Positions 17,601 through 27,966 of a DNA stretch of 64,000 bases are shown one piece after another. The translations under genes were made by a program, and so were the position numbers. The number at the start of each line of letters is the position of its first letter. Within the stretch, counting starts at the first letter, position 1. The notes beneath the pieces are model-generated. The model was not told where the DNA came from and made no database searches. It saw nothing but the letters and a program-made list of their open reading frames with translations. Source of the DNA: an uncultured Dehalococcoidia bacterium (lineage in GTDB: Bacteria > Chloroflexota > Dehalococcoidia > Lucifugimonadales > UBA3495). The stretch covers positions 69,464 to 133,463 of the forward strand of contig CATMOE010000004.1 in NCBI GenBank assembly GCA_950072105.1. Reading direction: 5' to 3'.

Positions 17601-18602
17601 CTAGATCACTTTGGGGTCCATCCAGGGCATCATGGCCCGCAGTTCCTTGCCGATCTCCTCGATCTGGCTGTGCTGGGCCTGCTCCCTGAGGGGAGTGAAC
17701 CGCGGGCGTCCTTCGTCGTTTTCGGCGATCCATTCGCGGGCGAAAGTGCCGTCTTGAATCTCTTTCAAGACCGCCCGCATGTTCTCTCTCACATGCTCGT
17801 CGATGATCCGCGGGCCCCGGGTTAGGTCGCCGTACTCGGCCGTGTCGCTCACTGAGTAGCGCATGTAGTTGAACCCGCCTTGGTACATAAGGTCGACGAT
17901 CATCTTAAGCTCGTGCAAGCACTCGAAGAAGGCGATCTCCTGTGGATAACCGCCCTCAACCAGCGTGTCGAATGCTGCCTTCACCAGGGCGGTCACGCCG
18001 CCGCAGAGGATGGTCTGCTCACCGAACAGGTCGCTTTCCGTCTCGTCCTTGATGGTGGTCATCAGTACGCCCGACCCGGTGCTGCCGACTCCCTTGGCGT
18101 AGGCCAGTCCGATCTCTTTGGCGTGGCCGGTGGCATCTTGGTGCACTGCCAACAGGCTGGGCACTCCGACACCTTCGGTGAACAACTCGCGCATGCGGTG
18201 TCCGGGGGCTTTGGGGGCCACCATCATCACGTCGATGGTGTCAGGTATTACGATTTCCTTGTAATGGATGCTGAAACCGTGGGCGACCATGAAGGCGCTT
18301 CCCGGCCTCAGATTGGGCTCGATCTGCTCCCGGTAGACCCGGCCCTGAAGGTGATCGGGAATGACCATCATTAGCACGTCGGCCTCTTTTGCTGCCTCGG
18401 GAACGTCGGTCACCCGCAGCCCAGCGGCTTCGGCCACGGCCCGGCTCTTGCTTTCGGGATATAGGCCGACCACCACGTTCTGCCCGTTGTCCTTTAGGTT
18501 AAGGGCGTGGGCGTGACCCTGGCTGCCGTAGCCAATCATAGCAATGGTCTTGCCTTCTAGATGGGCCAGGTCCGCATCTTTGTCGTAATAAACTTCTACC
18601 AT
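17601..18602 (-). CDS. ilvC: Ketol-acid reductoisomerase
   Basis: [47 protein letters not shown]. Confidence 0.97.
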   Translation of the reverse strand: MVEVYYDKDADLAHLEGKTIAMIGYGSQGHAHALNLKDNGQNVVVGLYPESKSRAVAEAAGLRVTDVPEAAKEADVLMMVIPDHLQGRVYREQIEPNLRPGSAFMVAHGFSIHYKEIVIPDTIDVMMVAPKAPGHRMRELFTEGVGVPSLLAVHQDATGHAKEIGLAYAKGVGSTGSGVLMTTIKDETESDLFGEQTILCGGVTALVKAAFDTLVEGGYPQEIAFFECLHELKMIVDLMYQGGFNYMRYSVSDTAEYGDLTRGPRIIDEHVRENMRAVLKEIQDGTFAREWIAENDEGRPRFTPLREQAQHSQIEEIGKELRAMMPWMDPKVI

Positions 18603-18661
18603 CTTATTTTCTTCCTTTCCAACTTCCGTTTTAGTATTTGGCGCTGAGTTTGGATGGGAAA

Positions 18662-19222
18662 TCAGGAATGGCTACCTGAGTTCACCTGACCGGCTTGCTC
18701 CGAGTGTCCGTTGGCCATCCCGTTAGTTTGCCCACGAACCATCGCCACTAGACCGGTCCGCAGCATCTCGATGACGCCGAAGGACGACAGCAGGTTGTGC
18801 AAGGCGTTAATCTTGTCCTCTTCTCCGGTGATTTCGATGACCATCGACTCGCTGCCGACATCGATGATGTTGGCTCGGAATAGGTTAACGATCTGGATGA
18901 TCTCACCACGGGTCATCTGGTTCGCCTTGACCTTAATCAGGGCCAACTCCCGGGTCACGGTGGACTCATTGGTGATGTCCGAAACCTCGATGACGTCGAT
19001 GAGTTTGTCCAGTTGCTTGGCTACTTGGCTCACGGTGTAGTCGTCGCCATTCACCACGAAAGTCATGCGGGACAGGCCCGGCTGTTCGCTATTGCCCACG
19101 GCCAGGCTGGTGATGTTGAATCCTCGGCGGCGGAACATACTGGCTACCCTGGTCAGGACGCCCGGCTTATCTTCCACCAAGGCTATCAGAGTGTGTTGTT
19201 CGGTGTGATTTGACCGTACCAT
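18662..19222 (-). CDS. ilvN: Acetolactate synthase small subunit
   Basis: [34 protein letters not shown]. Confidence 0.96.
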   Translation of the reverse strand: MVRSNHTEQHTLIALVEDKPGVLTRVASMFRRRGFNITSLAVGNSEQPGLSRMTFVVNGDDYTVSQVAKQLDKLIDVIEVSDITNESTVTRELALIKVKANQMTRGEIIQIVNLFRANIIDVGSESMVIEITGEEDKINALHNLLSSFGVIEMLRTGLVAMVRGQTNGMANGHSEQAGQVNSGSHS

Positions 19223-19223
19223 T

Positions 19224-20918
19224 CTAGGTAATCTCTTCGAGTGTTGGTTCTTCCAGCATCTCTTTGACAGATTGGCCGGAGGGGATGAATGGGTAGAGTC
19301 CCTCGTCTTCTTTCACCATGAAGTCGACGATGACCGGTCCGGCGGTTTCCATGGCCTGTTGCACCGCGTCCACCACCTGGTCCTTCCGGGTAACTCGAAT
19401 GCCCCGGATGCCGTAGGCCTCGGCGATCTTCACGAAGTCGGGGTTGGCCGTATATTGGCTGGCGATGTATTCCTTGTCAAAGAAGAGTTCCTGCAACTGA
19501 TGGACTAAGCCCAGGGAGTTGTTGTTTAAGATGGCGAATTTGACGTCGGCGTGGGCCTCAACGGCCGTAGCGATGTCGCACATCGTCATCTGGAAGCCGC
19601 CGTCGCCGGCGATGGACCAGACGGTGACGTCGGGCCGGCCCACCTGAGCGCCCAAGGCTGCGGGGACTTCGAATCCCATAGTGCCCAACCCGCCCGAAGT
19701 GATGAATGTGTTGGGCTCGGTGAACCGGCAATGTTGCGCGGCCCACATCTGGTGCATGCCCACGCCGGTGACCACGATACCCCGGCCCTGGGTGACCTCG
19801 GTCAACCGCTGGAGCACGTACTGGGGCAGGAGTTCATCGGACTCCCGGACTAGATGCGACGGATGCTGGGCCTTCAACTCGTTGATGTGCTGAAGCCAGT
19901 CGATGTGTACGTTGGCCTCCACTTTGGGCAGCAACTGTCCCAGGACCGCTTTCAGGTCGCCTACCATGCCCACGGTGGCCTTGATATTTTTGTCCACCTC
20001 CGAGGCGTCTATGTCCACGTGGATGAACTTGGCGTTAGGGGCGAATGCGGATATCCGGCCGGTCACCCGGTCGTCGAAACGCATGCCCAGGCCGATGATT
20101 AGGTCGGCTTCGTCGATGGCCAGGTTGGCGTAAGCCATGCCGTGCATGCCCGACATACCCAGGTTCAGTTCATGGCTGGAGGGTATAGCGCTGATTCCCA
20201 GGAGGGTGGTTATCACCGGGATCTGGGCCTTTTCGGCTAACTCGGTCATCAGCCCGTAAGCATGGGAGATGAGTACGCCGTGCCCCGACATGATGATGGG
20301 CCGTTCGGCTTGGTTGATCAACTCAGCGGCGGCGGCGACTTGGGCCTCGGGTGCTTCCGTTGGAATCTTGTACCCAGGTAGTTTGGGCTCACTGGGCCAA
20401 ACAAACTCGGTTTTATCGCCCAGCAGAACGTCTCTGGGGATGTCTACCAAGACGGGCCCTGGCCGTCCGGTTCGGGCTATGTGGAAGGCGTCGTGGATGG
20501 CCTGCGCGACGTCTTTCACGTCCATGACCAGCATGTTGTGCTTGGTGATGGGCAAGGTTACTCCGGTTACGTCGGTCTCCTGGAAAGCGTCGCTGCCGAT
20601 GGCGGGTCTGGGCACCTGCCCGGTGATGGCCACCATGGCGACCGAGTCCATCTGGGCGGCGGCGATGCCGGTCACTAGGTTTGTCGCGCCGGGTCCCGAC
20701 GTCGCGATGCAGACGCCGACCTTGCCCGTGGCCCGGGCGTAGCCGTCGGCGGCCATGGCGGCGGCTTGTTCGTGGCGCACCAGGATATGGCGGATGGCCG
20801 GGTAGACGGAGAGGGCGCCATATAAGGGCAGCACCGCTCCGCCGGGTAGTCCGAAGACCACATCCGTGCCTTCTTTAAGGAGGCTTTCGCAAACTATTTC
20901 CGCGCCGGTTAGTTCCAT
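19224..20918 (-). CDS. ilvB: Acetolactate synthase large subunit
   Basis: FGLPGGAVLP, RHEQ, TSGPGATN, FQETD, GDGGFQM. Confidence 0.97.
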   Translation of the reverse strand: MELTGAEIVCESLLKEGTDVVFGLPGGAVLPLYGALSVYPAIRHILVRHEQAAAMAADGYARATGKVGVCIATSGPGATNLVTGIAAAQMDSVAMVAITGQVPRPAIGSDAFQETDVTGVTLPITKHNMLVMDVKDVAQAIHDAFHIARTGRPGPVLVDIPRDVLLGDKTEFVWPSEPKLPGYKIPTEAPEAQVAAAAELINQAERPIIMSGHGVLISHAYGLMTELAEKAQIPVITTLLGISAIPSSHELNLGMSGMHGMAYANLAIDEADLIIGLGMRFDDRVTGRISAFAPNAKFIHVDIDASEVDKNIKATVGMVGDLKAVLGQLLPKVEANVHIDWLQHINELKAQHPSHLVRESDELLPQYVLQRLTEVTQGRGIVVTGVGMHQMWAAQHCRFTEPNTFITSGGLGTMGFEVPAALGAQVGRPDVTVWSIAGDGGFQMTMCDIATAVEAHADVKFAILNNNSLGLVHQLQELFFDKEYIASQYTANPDFVKIAEAYGIRGIRVTRKDQVVDAVQQAMETAGPVIVDFMVKEDEGLYPFIPSGQSVKEMLEEPTLEEIT

Positions 20919-21007
20919 CTTCTAGCGTCTAGTCCCCGTTTTAGTTGAATCAGATTCCGTGTCCACCACCCCGACTTTAGGTCCCCCATTTACGGTGGAG
21001 AGGACTA

Positions 21008-21047
21008 ATCCCTTCCCCCTCGACGGGGGAAGGTTAGGATGGGGGTG
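21008..21047. repeat. REP-like palindrome family B
   Basis: atcccttccccctcgacgggggaaggttaggatgggggtg; near-identical copy at 24306. Confidence 0.7.
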
Positions 21048-21125
21048 ATTCGCCGCCATCACTTTCAATTGGAATCTGTACCAGCCCCGATTTATAGAGT
21101 TCAATGGACCCCAGTAAATTTTCCC

Positions 21126-21411
21126 AATAAAAAACCCATCCCCTGAAGGGACGGGCTGGAAATTCCCGCGGTACCACCCTTCTTTTCCGAAAGTTAGGCT
21201 TCAGACTTGCGCCGGATGCCGGTGAGCCACCTCTTGGTAACCCCAACCTCGGAACTGCTCTACGGCCTATAACGAGGCCAGACGCCGCGCCTTACTCTAG
21301 TTCAGGCGGGCCGCTCCAGGACGAGTTCAGAGCCCTTCTGCCGCCGGACTTTCACCTACCTCCGGCTCTCTGGGACAGGGCACCCCTACTACTTCCTTTC
21401 GTCGCGGTTTT
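21126..21411 (-). promoter_or_regulatory. T-box riboswitch (Leu specifier CUC) leading ilvBNC-leuA
   Basis: Minus strand: stem I with GAA-CTC specifier (21323-21325), AGTA box, CGTTAT, T-box AAGGGTGGTACCGCG, then terminator cccgtcccttcaggggatgggtttttt. Confidence 0.92.
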
Positions 21412-21430
21412 CGTAAAATTATTACATGAA

Positions 21431-21459
21431 ATGCTACCAGTCCACCACGGCCTTGTCAA
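21431..21459 (-). promoter_or_regulatory. Sigma70-type promoter of the ilv-leu operon
   Basis: TTGACA-17 bp-TAGCAT with extended TG, just upstream of the T-box leader. Confidence 0.75.
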
Positions 21460-21568
21460 CTTGTCGGCCGCTCCATGGCCACTCTGAAGACGCATCGTTT
21501 ATGATAGAATACCAAAGCTGGAGCCCCCCTTGCTGTCCCGCTTAGACCGGGGAGAAAAAGGGGGGTTT

Positions 21569-23275
21569 ATGGAAGGAAAGAAACCCTTGTCCGAACGAAT
21601 CTTCATCGGGGTTGCTTGGCCCTACGCCAACGGGCCGCTGCATCTGGGCCACGTCGCCGGTTGCTATCTTTCGGCAGACATCTTCGCCCGTTATCACCGC
21701 GCCAAGGGCAATGAAGTTCTGATGGTTTCGGGAAGCGACAGCCACGGCACCCCCATCACGGTGCGAGCCGAGGCGGAAGGTGTAACCCCGGAAGAGATAC
21801 TCAACCGGTACCACCCCCAGTTCCTGGACTCCTGGGATAAACTGGGTATCTCCTTCGACCTTTTCACTTCCACCCACACCGAAAATCACCAAGAGGTGGT
21901 CCACGACCTGTTTAGTGTTCTTTTGGAAAAGGGTTATCTGTACGAGCAGGCGATGCTCCTGGCCTATTGTCCCGACTGCCAACGGTTTCTGCCCGACCGG
22001 TACGTGAACGGCACTTGCCCCCATTGCGGGTTTGAGAGAGCACGAGGCGACCAGTGCGACAATTGCGGTCGAACCCTAGACCCTCAAGACTTGATTCAGC
22101 CTAGATGCGTGATCTCCAACAGCGAGCCCGAGTTTAGAGAGTCGGAACACTTTTTCCTAAAGCTGTCCGTCTTCGAGAAACCGCTGCTGGATTGGGTCAA
22201 GCAGCAGACCCACTGGCGGCCCAACGTTCTGAACTTCACCCGCCGTTTTCTTGAGGACGGGCTCAAGGACCGGGCCATCACGCGGGACCTGACCTGGGGT
22301 GTGCCCATACCCTTGGACGGTTATGAAGGTAAACGTATCTACGTGTGGTTCGAGGCGGTGTCCGGTTATCTGTCGGCAGCCGTGGAGTGGGCCAAATTGC
22401 ATGGCGACGGCAAGGGCTGGGAAGCCTTCTGGAAGGATCCGGACACTAAGTCGTACTACTTCATCGGCAAAGACAATATACCGTTCCACACAATTATCTG
22501 GCCGGCGATTCTGATGGCCTATGGTGGAGGACTCAACCTACCTTATGATGTACCTGCCAACGAGTTCCTAAGCCTGGAGGACCGGAAGTTTTCCACCAGT
22601 GAAAACTGGGCCGTGTGGGTGCACGACTACCTGTCCCGATACGACCCGGACCCTCTAAGATACCTGCTGTCCATCAACATGCCGGAGTCCGGCGATACTA
22701 ACTTCTCTTGGGCTGAGTTCGTCCGCCGCAATAACGATGAACTGGTGGCCACGTTCGGTAACTTGGTCCACAGAGTTTTGTCCTTCACCTACCGGAATTT
22801 CGACGAAAAGGTGCCGCCTGCCGGGCCGCCGGGCGACCTAGAACAAGAGCTGCTCCAAAGTGCCCGAGAGGCGATGGATAGCGTCGACCGGGACCTGCAC
22901 GATTGCCACTTCAAGGCGGCTATCGGCAGGGCATTTGGCCTGGCCCAGCAGGTCAACCGTTATCTAGATACCAGAGCGCCCTGGCAATCCATCAAGACCG
23001 ACCGGCCGGAGGCGGCAACCACGCTGTATACCGCCATGACAGTGATCAACTGTCTCAAGATGCTGTTGTATCCCTTCCTACCGTTCAGCGCCCAGCGCCT
23101 GCACGAATTTCTGGGGTTGGACGGCACGGTTGAAAGCCTTTCGTGGGACTTCGACGAGTTAGTTCAGGCGATCCAGCCGGGCAATCCGCTCCGTCAGCCG
23201 AGCCCTCTGTACACGAAATTCGACCCCCAGGTGGTGGACGACGAAGTCCAACGCCTGGGCGCCAGCGTGGCCTAG
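21569..23275 (+). CDS. metG: Methionine--tRNA ligase
   Basis: WPYANGPLHLGH, zinc knuckles CPDC/CPHC..ARGDQCDNC, YVWFEA, GKDNIPFH, KFSTS. Confidence 0.96.
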   Translation: MEGKKPLSERIFIGVAWPYANGPLHLGHVAGCYLSADIFARYHRAKGNEVLMVSGSDSHGTPITVRAEAEGVTPEEILNRYHPQFLDSWDKLGISFDLFTSTHTENHQEVVHDLFSVLLEKGYLYEQAMLLAYCPDCQRFLPDRYVNGTCPHCGFERARGDQCDNCGRTLDPQDLIQPRCVISNSEPEFRESEHFFLKLSVFEKPLLDWVKQQTHWRPNVLNFTRRFLEDGLKDRAITRDLTWGVPIPLDGYEGKRIYVWFEAVSGYLSAAVEWAKLHGDGKGWEAFWKDPDTKSYYFIGKDNIPFHTIIWPAILMAYGGGLNLPYDVPANEFLSLEDRKFSTSENWAVWVHDYLSRYDPDPLRYLLSINMPESGDTNFSWAEFVRRNNDELVATFGNLVHRVLSFTYRNFDEKVPPAGPPGDLEQELLQSAREAMDSVDRDLHDCHFKAAIGRAFGLAQQVNRYLDTRAPWQSIKTDRPEAATTLYTAMTVINCLKMLLYPFLPFSAQRLHEFLGLDGTVESLSWDFDELVQAIQPGNPLRQPSPLYTKFDPQVVDDEVQRLGASVA

Positions 23276-23283
23276 GAGGTAAG

Positions 23284-24267
23284 GTGCTCCAAGGCCTGGA
23301 TGAACGGACTGCGTCTATCTATGCTCCGATACGTCCCCAGCTAAGTCTGGTGGAGGAGCGGCTGGGAAGCCTACGGGATACTACTCCTGATTACCTGGAG
23401 CCGCTGCTGGATCACGTGTTGGATTCGGGCGGCAAGCGCATCCGTTCCGCCATCACTTTGCTTGCCGCCGATTTCTTCTCCCATGAACAGGACAACCCCG
23501 TCATCATGGCCGCGGCGGTGGAGTTACTGCACCTGGCGACGCTGATCCATGACGATACCGTGGACGACTCGGACCTGCGCCGGGGCCGCCCCACGGTCAG
23601 CAGCCTTTGGGGTAAGCACGTGGCGGTGCTATTCGGTGACTTCTTATTCGCTACTTCCGCCACCTTTGTTTGCGACACCAACAACGTACGGGTGATACGC
23701 CGTTTCTCCGAAACTATCATGGAACTGGCCACCGGCGAGATGGCGGAATACTTCAACATCTTCAACCTGGAGCAGGCTCAGGAACGCTACCACGACCGCA
23801 TCTATCGGAAAACCGCCTCGCTCTTCCGTACTGCCGGAGAAACCGGGTCCATCCTGGGCGGCGCGGCGGAACTTCAGATTCAAGCGATGTGCGACTATGG
23901 CTATAACATCGGCATGGCCTTCCAAATGGTGGACGACCTGCTGGACGTACAGGGTGACCCGACGAAACTGGGCAAGCCGGTGGGGACCGACCTGCTTCAG
24001 GGAATCCTAACTCTGCCTACCATCATGCTGATGGAGAGGTTCCCTGACGATAACCCGGTCAAGGCCCTGTTCAACGACCGGACCGAAGACGGCCACGTGC
24101 GGCGGGCCCTGGATATGATCAACAACTCGGGAATCGTCAAAGACTGTTACCGGGTCATCAGAGAGTTCTGCGACAAAGCCACCCAGTCGTTGGAAATCAT
24201 GCCCGACTGCGATGCAAGACGCTCTCTCCTGGACCTACCCGAATACATCCGCGACCGCAGCCGGTAA
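23284..24267 (+). CDS. Polyprenyl (all-trans) diphosphate synthase
   Basis: GGKRIR, ELLHLATLIHDDTVD..RRG, KTASLF, FQMVDDLLD, GKPVGTDL; GTG start after AGGAGGT. Confidence 0.92.
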   Translation: MLQGLDERTASIYAPIRPQLSLVEERLGSLRDTTPDYLEPLLDHVLDSGGKRIRSAITLLAADFFSHEQDNPVIMAAAVELLHLATLIHDDTVDDSDLRRGRPTVSSLWGKHVAVLFGDFLFATSATFVCDTNNVRVIRRFSETIMELATGEMAEYFNIFNLEQAQERYHDRIYRKTASLFRTAGETGSILGGAAELQIQAMCDYGYNIGMAFQMVDDLLDVQGDPTKLGKPVGTDLLQGILTLPTIMLMERFPDDNPVKALFNDRTEDGHVRRALDMINNSGIVKDCYRVIREFCDKATQSLEIMPDCDARRSLLDLPEYIRDRSR

Positions 24268-24305
24268 AGCCATTCAACTCTGCCCGATAGAAGATCAGAC
24301 GCCAG

Positions 24306-24370
24306 ATCCCTTCCCCGTCGACGGGGGAAGGTTAGAGCCTGCCCTGAGCGTAGTCGAAGGGATGGGGGTG
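24306..24370. repeat. REP-like family B copy with nested 25-bp element
   Basis: Matches the 21008 copy but is interrupted at 24336-24360 by agcctgccctgagcgtagtcgaagg. Confidence 0.7.
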
Positions 24371-24433
24371 CCGGTCATTGCACTGAAACCAAGTAAACGC
24401 ACCGCCGGACTGACTTCCCCTGATTCTCTGACT

Positions 24434-26074
24434 CTAACCCCCGCCCTCCCAAACCACCTGCCCTCCCACCACAGTAAGCACGGCCCGGATCTCTTTTAGC
24501 TGCTCCGGTTCGGCGGAGAAAGGGTCGGTGTCCAGAAGAACCATGTCGGCCAACATGCCTGGTTGGATGGTTCCCTTGCGTTGTCCGGAGCCTTCCGAGT
24601 TTGCTCCGGAGGATGTGTACATCCTTAATGCTTCGGCAACCGTTATCGTCTGCCCTCGGAACCCGTTAGGCGGTAGAAAAGTCCCGTTGCTGGTGCGCCG
24701 GGTAACGGCGCTGTAGATCGCGGGCCACGGATTGGCGTCTATCACCGGTGCGTCGGACCCGAAGGCCACGGGGATTCCGGACTTGGCCAAAGCGCCAACC
24801 GGATACAGGTCGGGAAGCATGTAGGCGTTGACCCTTTCCAGATAATTGTCCCCATTCCAGAAGATGAATCCTGGCTGGGTTACGACCAGGCACCCGGACT
24901 GGGCGATCTCCGCCATAAGTTGGGGAGGGCATTCGGCGCAGTGCTCGATGCGGTCTACCGGTTGGGCGGAGGTTTCCGATGCAGGTTTGGGGAGCGGCGC
25001 CGCGCCGCTTAACACACGGACTGCGGCCTCGATGGCTTCCTGTTCGATGGCGTGAATGGCGACTGGAAATCCAGAACGATGGGCATTGTCCACCATGTCG
25101 CCCAAAGCCGCCAAGTTTGGATCCAGCGCGCCGGTGGTTAGAGTGAGCATGATCTTGGCGTGGCCCAGCCTCAGTTGATCGCCGCCCGCGCCCCAGTTCA
25201 GCCCAGCGGACTGGAATTCGGCCAGGCGGGAAACCCCGGCAAACATAGTCACCCGGCATGTCAGTGCGCCCGAGGCCTGAAGTTCCTGAAATGTTCTCCA
25301 CCGGTCCATCCCGTTGTCCGGGCCCGCGTCTTGAACCGAGGTTATCCCGTAGCCCAGGAGCGTGTTGTTCAGATGGTGAACACTGGCTTGGAAAGCAGCT
25401 TGGTCCCGCGACGCGCTCAACCGTTGGCGTAAATAACCGGACATCTCGAATAATAGACCGGAGGGTTGGCCGGTATCCACATCCCGGTGAATCACTCCTT
25501 CCACTGGGTCCGGGGTGGTTTCATTGATGCCGGCCAGATCCAGAGCTTGGCTGTTCAATACGGAGGCATGGCCGCTACGGTGGTCCAGCCGTACTGGATG
25601 ATTGGGCGCGGCACGGTCGAGGTCCCAGCGGGTCGGGTGCCGATTCTCCAAGAGGGACAGGTCGTCGTAACCAAAGCCGCAGATCCAGTGACCGGCCTCA
25701 GTGGTTTCCGCCCGGCGTTTAATCGCCCATTCCAAGTCTTGGATGGACAAGACGGCCCTAGGGCTACAGTCGATACCGTGGAGGGAAGCTGCCTGGGCCA
25801 ATACATGGCAGTGGGAATCCACGAACCCGGGCATCAGGGTCTTGCCGCTACAGTCGATGGTTTGGGTGGCCGGGGCGGCCAGTGCGGCAATTTCGCTGGA
25901 AGAGCCTACGGCGGCGATAGTATTGCCGTGTATCGCCACCGCCTGGGCGCCGGCCTGGTTGTGGTCCATGGTCAGCACCCTGGCGTTGAGCAGAAGCAGG
26001 CTGGGAGGGCCGGTCCCTTCTTGTTGACCTGATCTAGGCGCAAGATTCCGCATTGAACCGGCCCGCCTGAGCAT
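24434..26074 (-). CDS. Amidohydrolase 3 family (YtcJ-like) protein
   Basis: PGFVDSHCH, GHASVLNS, AIHAI, RIEHCA, FGSDAP, GTIQPGMLADMVLLD. Confidence 0.9.
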   Translation of the reverse strand: MLRRAGSMRNLAPRSGQQEGTGPPSLLLLNARVLTMDHNQAGAQAVAIHGNTIAAVGSSSEIAALAAPATQTIDCSGKTLMPGFVDSHCHVLAQAASLHGIDCSPRAVLSIQDLEWAIKRRAETTEAGHWICGFGYDDLSLLENRHPTRWDLDRAAPNHPVRLDHRSGHASVLNSQALDLAGINETTPDPVEGVIHRDVDTGQPSGLLFEMSGYLRQRLSASRDQAAFQASVHHLNNTLLGYGITSVQDAGPDNGMDRWRTFQELQASGALTCRVTMFAGVSRLAEFQSAGLNWGAGGDQLRLGHAKIMLTLTTGALDPNLAALGDMVDNAHRSGFPVAIHAIEQEAIEAAVRVLSGAAPLPKPASETSAQPVDRIEHCAECPPQLMAEIAQSGCLVVTQPGFIFWNGDNYLERVNAYMLPDLYPVGALAKSGIPVAFGSDAPVIDANPWPAIYSAVTRRTSNGTFLPPNGFRGQTITVAEALRMYTSSGANSEGSGQRKGTIQPGMLADMVLLDTDPFSAEPEQLKEIRAVLTVVGGQVVWEGGG

Positions 26075-26084
26075 GAATGGGGGG

Positions 26085-26615
26085 CTAGCTGGTTTTCAGC
26101 AGCCGGGCCTCCTCCATCTGCTCCAGCAACGCGGGAACCGGGTCCCTGTCTTGGAATACGTCGGCGTTGCCGTGGTCGGGAGCGTGGCCCGTGGGGTTGA
26201 TGATCCAGACCGAGGCTTCCAGAGCGATTCCGTTGGGGTCGGTGAAGTAGATAGAGTGGATGATCTTGTGGTCAATCACCGGGGTAACTTCCACGCCGGC
26301 GGCGGCCAAGCGAGCTTGAAGCTCCAACAATGCATCTTCGTTCTCAACGTCGAAGGAAACGTGGTCAAACTGGAGTTGTCCCTTGGCGGGCTGTCCGGCC
26401 GGCTTGTGGAACTCCTCCACCATGCCCGGCCATTCGAAGAAAGCGATGGTGTTGCTGGGGCCGATCTCAAAAAAGTAATGCCGGTAAGGATAGCCGCCGG
26501 GAATGTTGCCTACGGCCGCCACCAGGGGCATGCCCAATACGTCCCGGTAGAACCGGACGGTTTTCTCCATGTCGTTGGTGACCATGGCCAAATGATTTAT
26601 TCCGCCGAATTTCAT
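26085..26615 (-). CDS. VOC/glyoxalase family protein
   Basis: INHLAMVTNDMEKTVRFY, FDHVSF, SIYFTDPNGIALE. Confidence 0.9.
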   Translation of the reverse strand: MKFGGINHLAMVTNDMEKTVRFYRDVLGMPLVAAVGNIPGGYPYRHYFFEIGPSNTIAFFEWPGMVEEFHKPAGQPAKGQLQFDHVSFDVENEDALLELQARLAAAGVEVTPVIDHKIIHSIYFTDPNGIALEASVWIINPTGHAPDHGNADVFQDRDPVPALLEQMEEARLLKTS

Positions 26616-26840
26616 TTCGTTTTCCTCTCTTATCAACCGCGTTGTTTCAGTATATCACCAGTTATCGCGGCCTCACGGTTGCGGCTCAAAATTGCTTCAC
26701 TGGTGCTGGCTTACGCCATGGGCAATGTCCTCAGACTGGATTTGATTGCTAGATGAATCATTGCTCAAGCAACAATATATACGATATTACTTGCACTGTC
26801 AACTATTGCGCGGCGAATCGATTTTATTTAGAATGGGTAC

Positions 26841-27293
26841 ATGGCCTCACGATCAAGCCAAGAGCAAATATCCGTATGGCGGTCCTTTCTGGAAGTTCAC
26901 TCTGCGGTTATCAAGGCGTTGGAAAAGGAACTGATAGAGGACCAAAGCTTTTCCTTGACTTGGTACGACGTTCTGACCCACCTCTCCGAGGCGCCTGGCG
27001 CCCGCATGCAGCATCAAGCTTTGGCCGGATCCCTGCTTTTGAGCCGTAGCGGGGTCACCCGCCTGGTGGACCGCATGGCCGATGCCGGGCTGGTCTGCCG
27101 CGAATCTTCCCCTGAAGACCGCCGGGTGTCCTACGTGGTGATGACCCAACCCGGCCGAGACGCCCTTGACCGGGCATCCCCCGGGCATATGCGCGGCATC
27201 GCCCAACACTTCGTCCAGTACCTGGAAGCCGGAGACGTGCCCCTTCTTCAAGGATTTTTCTCCCGGGTGTTGGATGGGAAGTCTGGGGAGTAA
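26841..27293 (+). CDS. MarR family transcriptional regulator
   Basis: LTWYDVLTHL...LSRSGVTRLVDRM...GLVCR...DRRVSYVVMT..G. Confidence 0.9.
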   Translation: MASRSSQEQISVWRSFLEVHSAVIKALEKELIEDQSFSLTWYDVLTHLSEAPGARMQHQALAGSLLLSRSGVTRLVDRMADAGLVCRESSPEDRRVSYVVMTQPGRDALDRASPGHMRGIAQHFVQYLEAGDVPLLQGFFSRVLDGKSGE

Positions 27294-27297
27294 CCGA

Positions 27298-27927
27298 TTG
27301 AAAGCAGTGGTTTTCGATTGGGACCTAACTCTTTGGAATAGCTGGGACCTCCATCTCCAGTTGATGCAAAGTACCGCCGATGCGCTATCCTTGCCCCGTC
27401 CGTCTGGCGCCCAGGTTGCCGACGAATTCCACCGGCCTTTTTTTCAGCACCTCACCTGGTTTTTTGGCTACGATGAGCAACGAGTGGTCGATACTTACAT
27501 GGGGTTTTATCTTGAGAGCATGGCCACCGTGGGAGGGCTTTATCCGGGTGTGCCTGAGACCCTTGCAGCGCTTAAGGACCGGGGCTACCGGATAGCCTTG
27601 TTCTCGGATAAGCGGGAGCAATTCGGAGAGCTTGAGGTTGAGCTCTCGGGGATCGGTCATCTGTTGGACTACACATTGTTTCTGGTGGACGGCAGGCCTT
27701 ACAAGCCCGATCCCCATGGATTGCTCCACGTACTGGATGTCCTCGGTGTGGCGAAAGATAAGGCGGTGTATGTCGGCGATGGGAGTCACGACTTGGAGTG
27801 CGCCCGCCGGGCCGGCGTCGCTGGCGGCGCCGCCCTTTGGGGGGCGTTGAACCGGGAGGACCTGCTCAACGGACGGCCGGATCACAGTTGGGAATCGATG
27901 GATCAGGTTCTGCTGAGCCTGGAGTAA
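27298..27927 (+). CDS. HAD family hydrolase (phosphoglycolate/pyrophosphatase-like)
   Basis: VVFDWDLTL, KPDP, YVGD...D; TTG start after GGGGAG. Confidence 0.85.
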   Translation: MKAVVFDWDLTLWNSWDLHLQLMQSTADALSLPRPSGAQVADEFHRPFFQHLTWFFGYDEQRVVDTYMGFYLESMATVGGLYPGVPETLAALKDRGYRIALFSDKREQFGELEVELSGIGHLLDYTLFLVDGRPYKPDPHGLLHVLDVLGVAKDKAVYVGDGSHDLECARRAGVAGGAALWGALNREDLLNGRPDHSWESMDQVLLSLE

Positions 27928-27966
27928 GATTATCTTCGCCGAAAGAACCCATCGGAAGACATCCAG

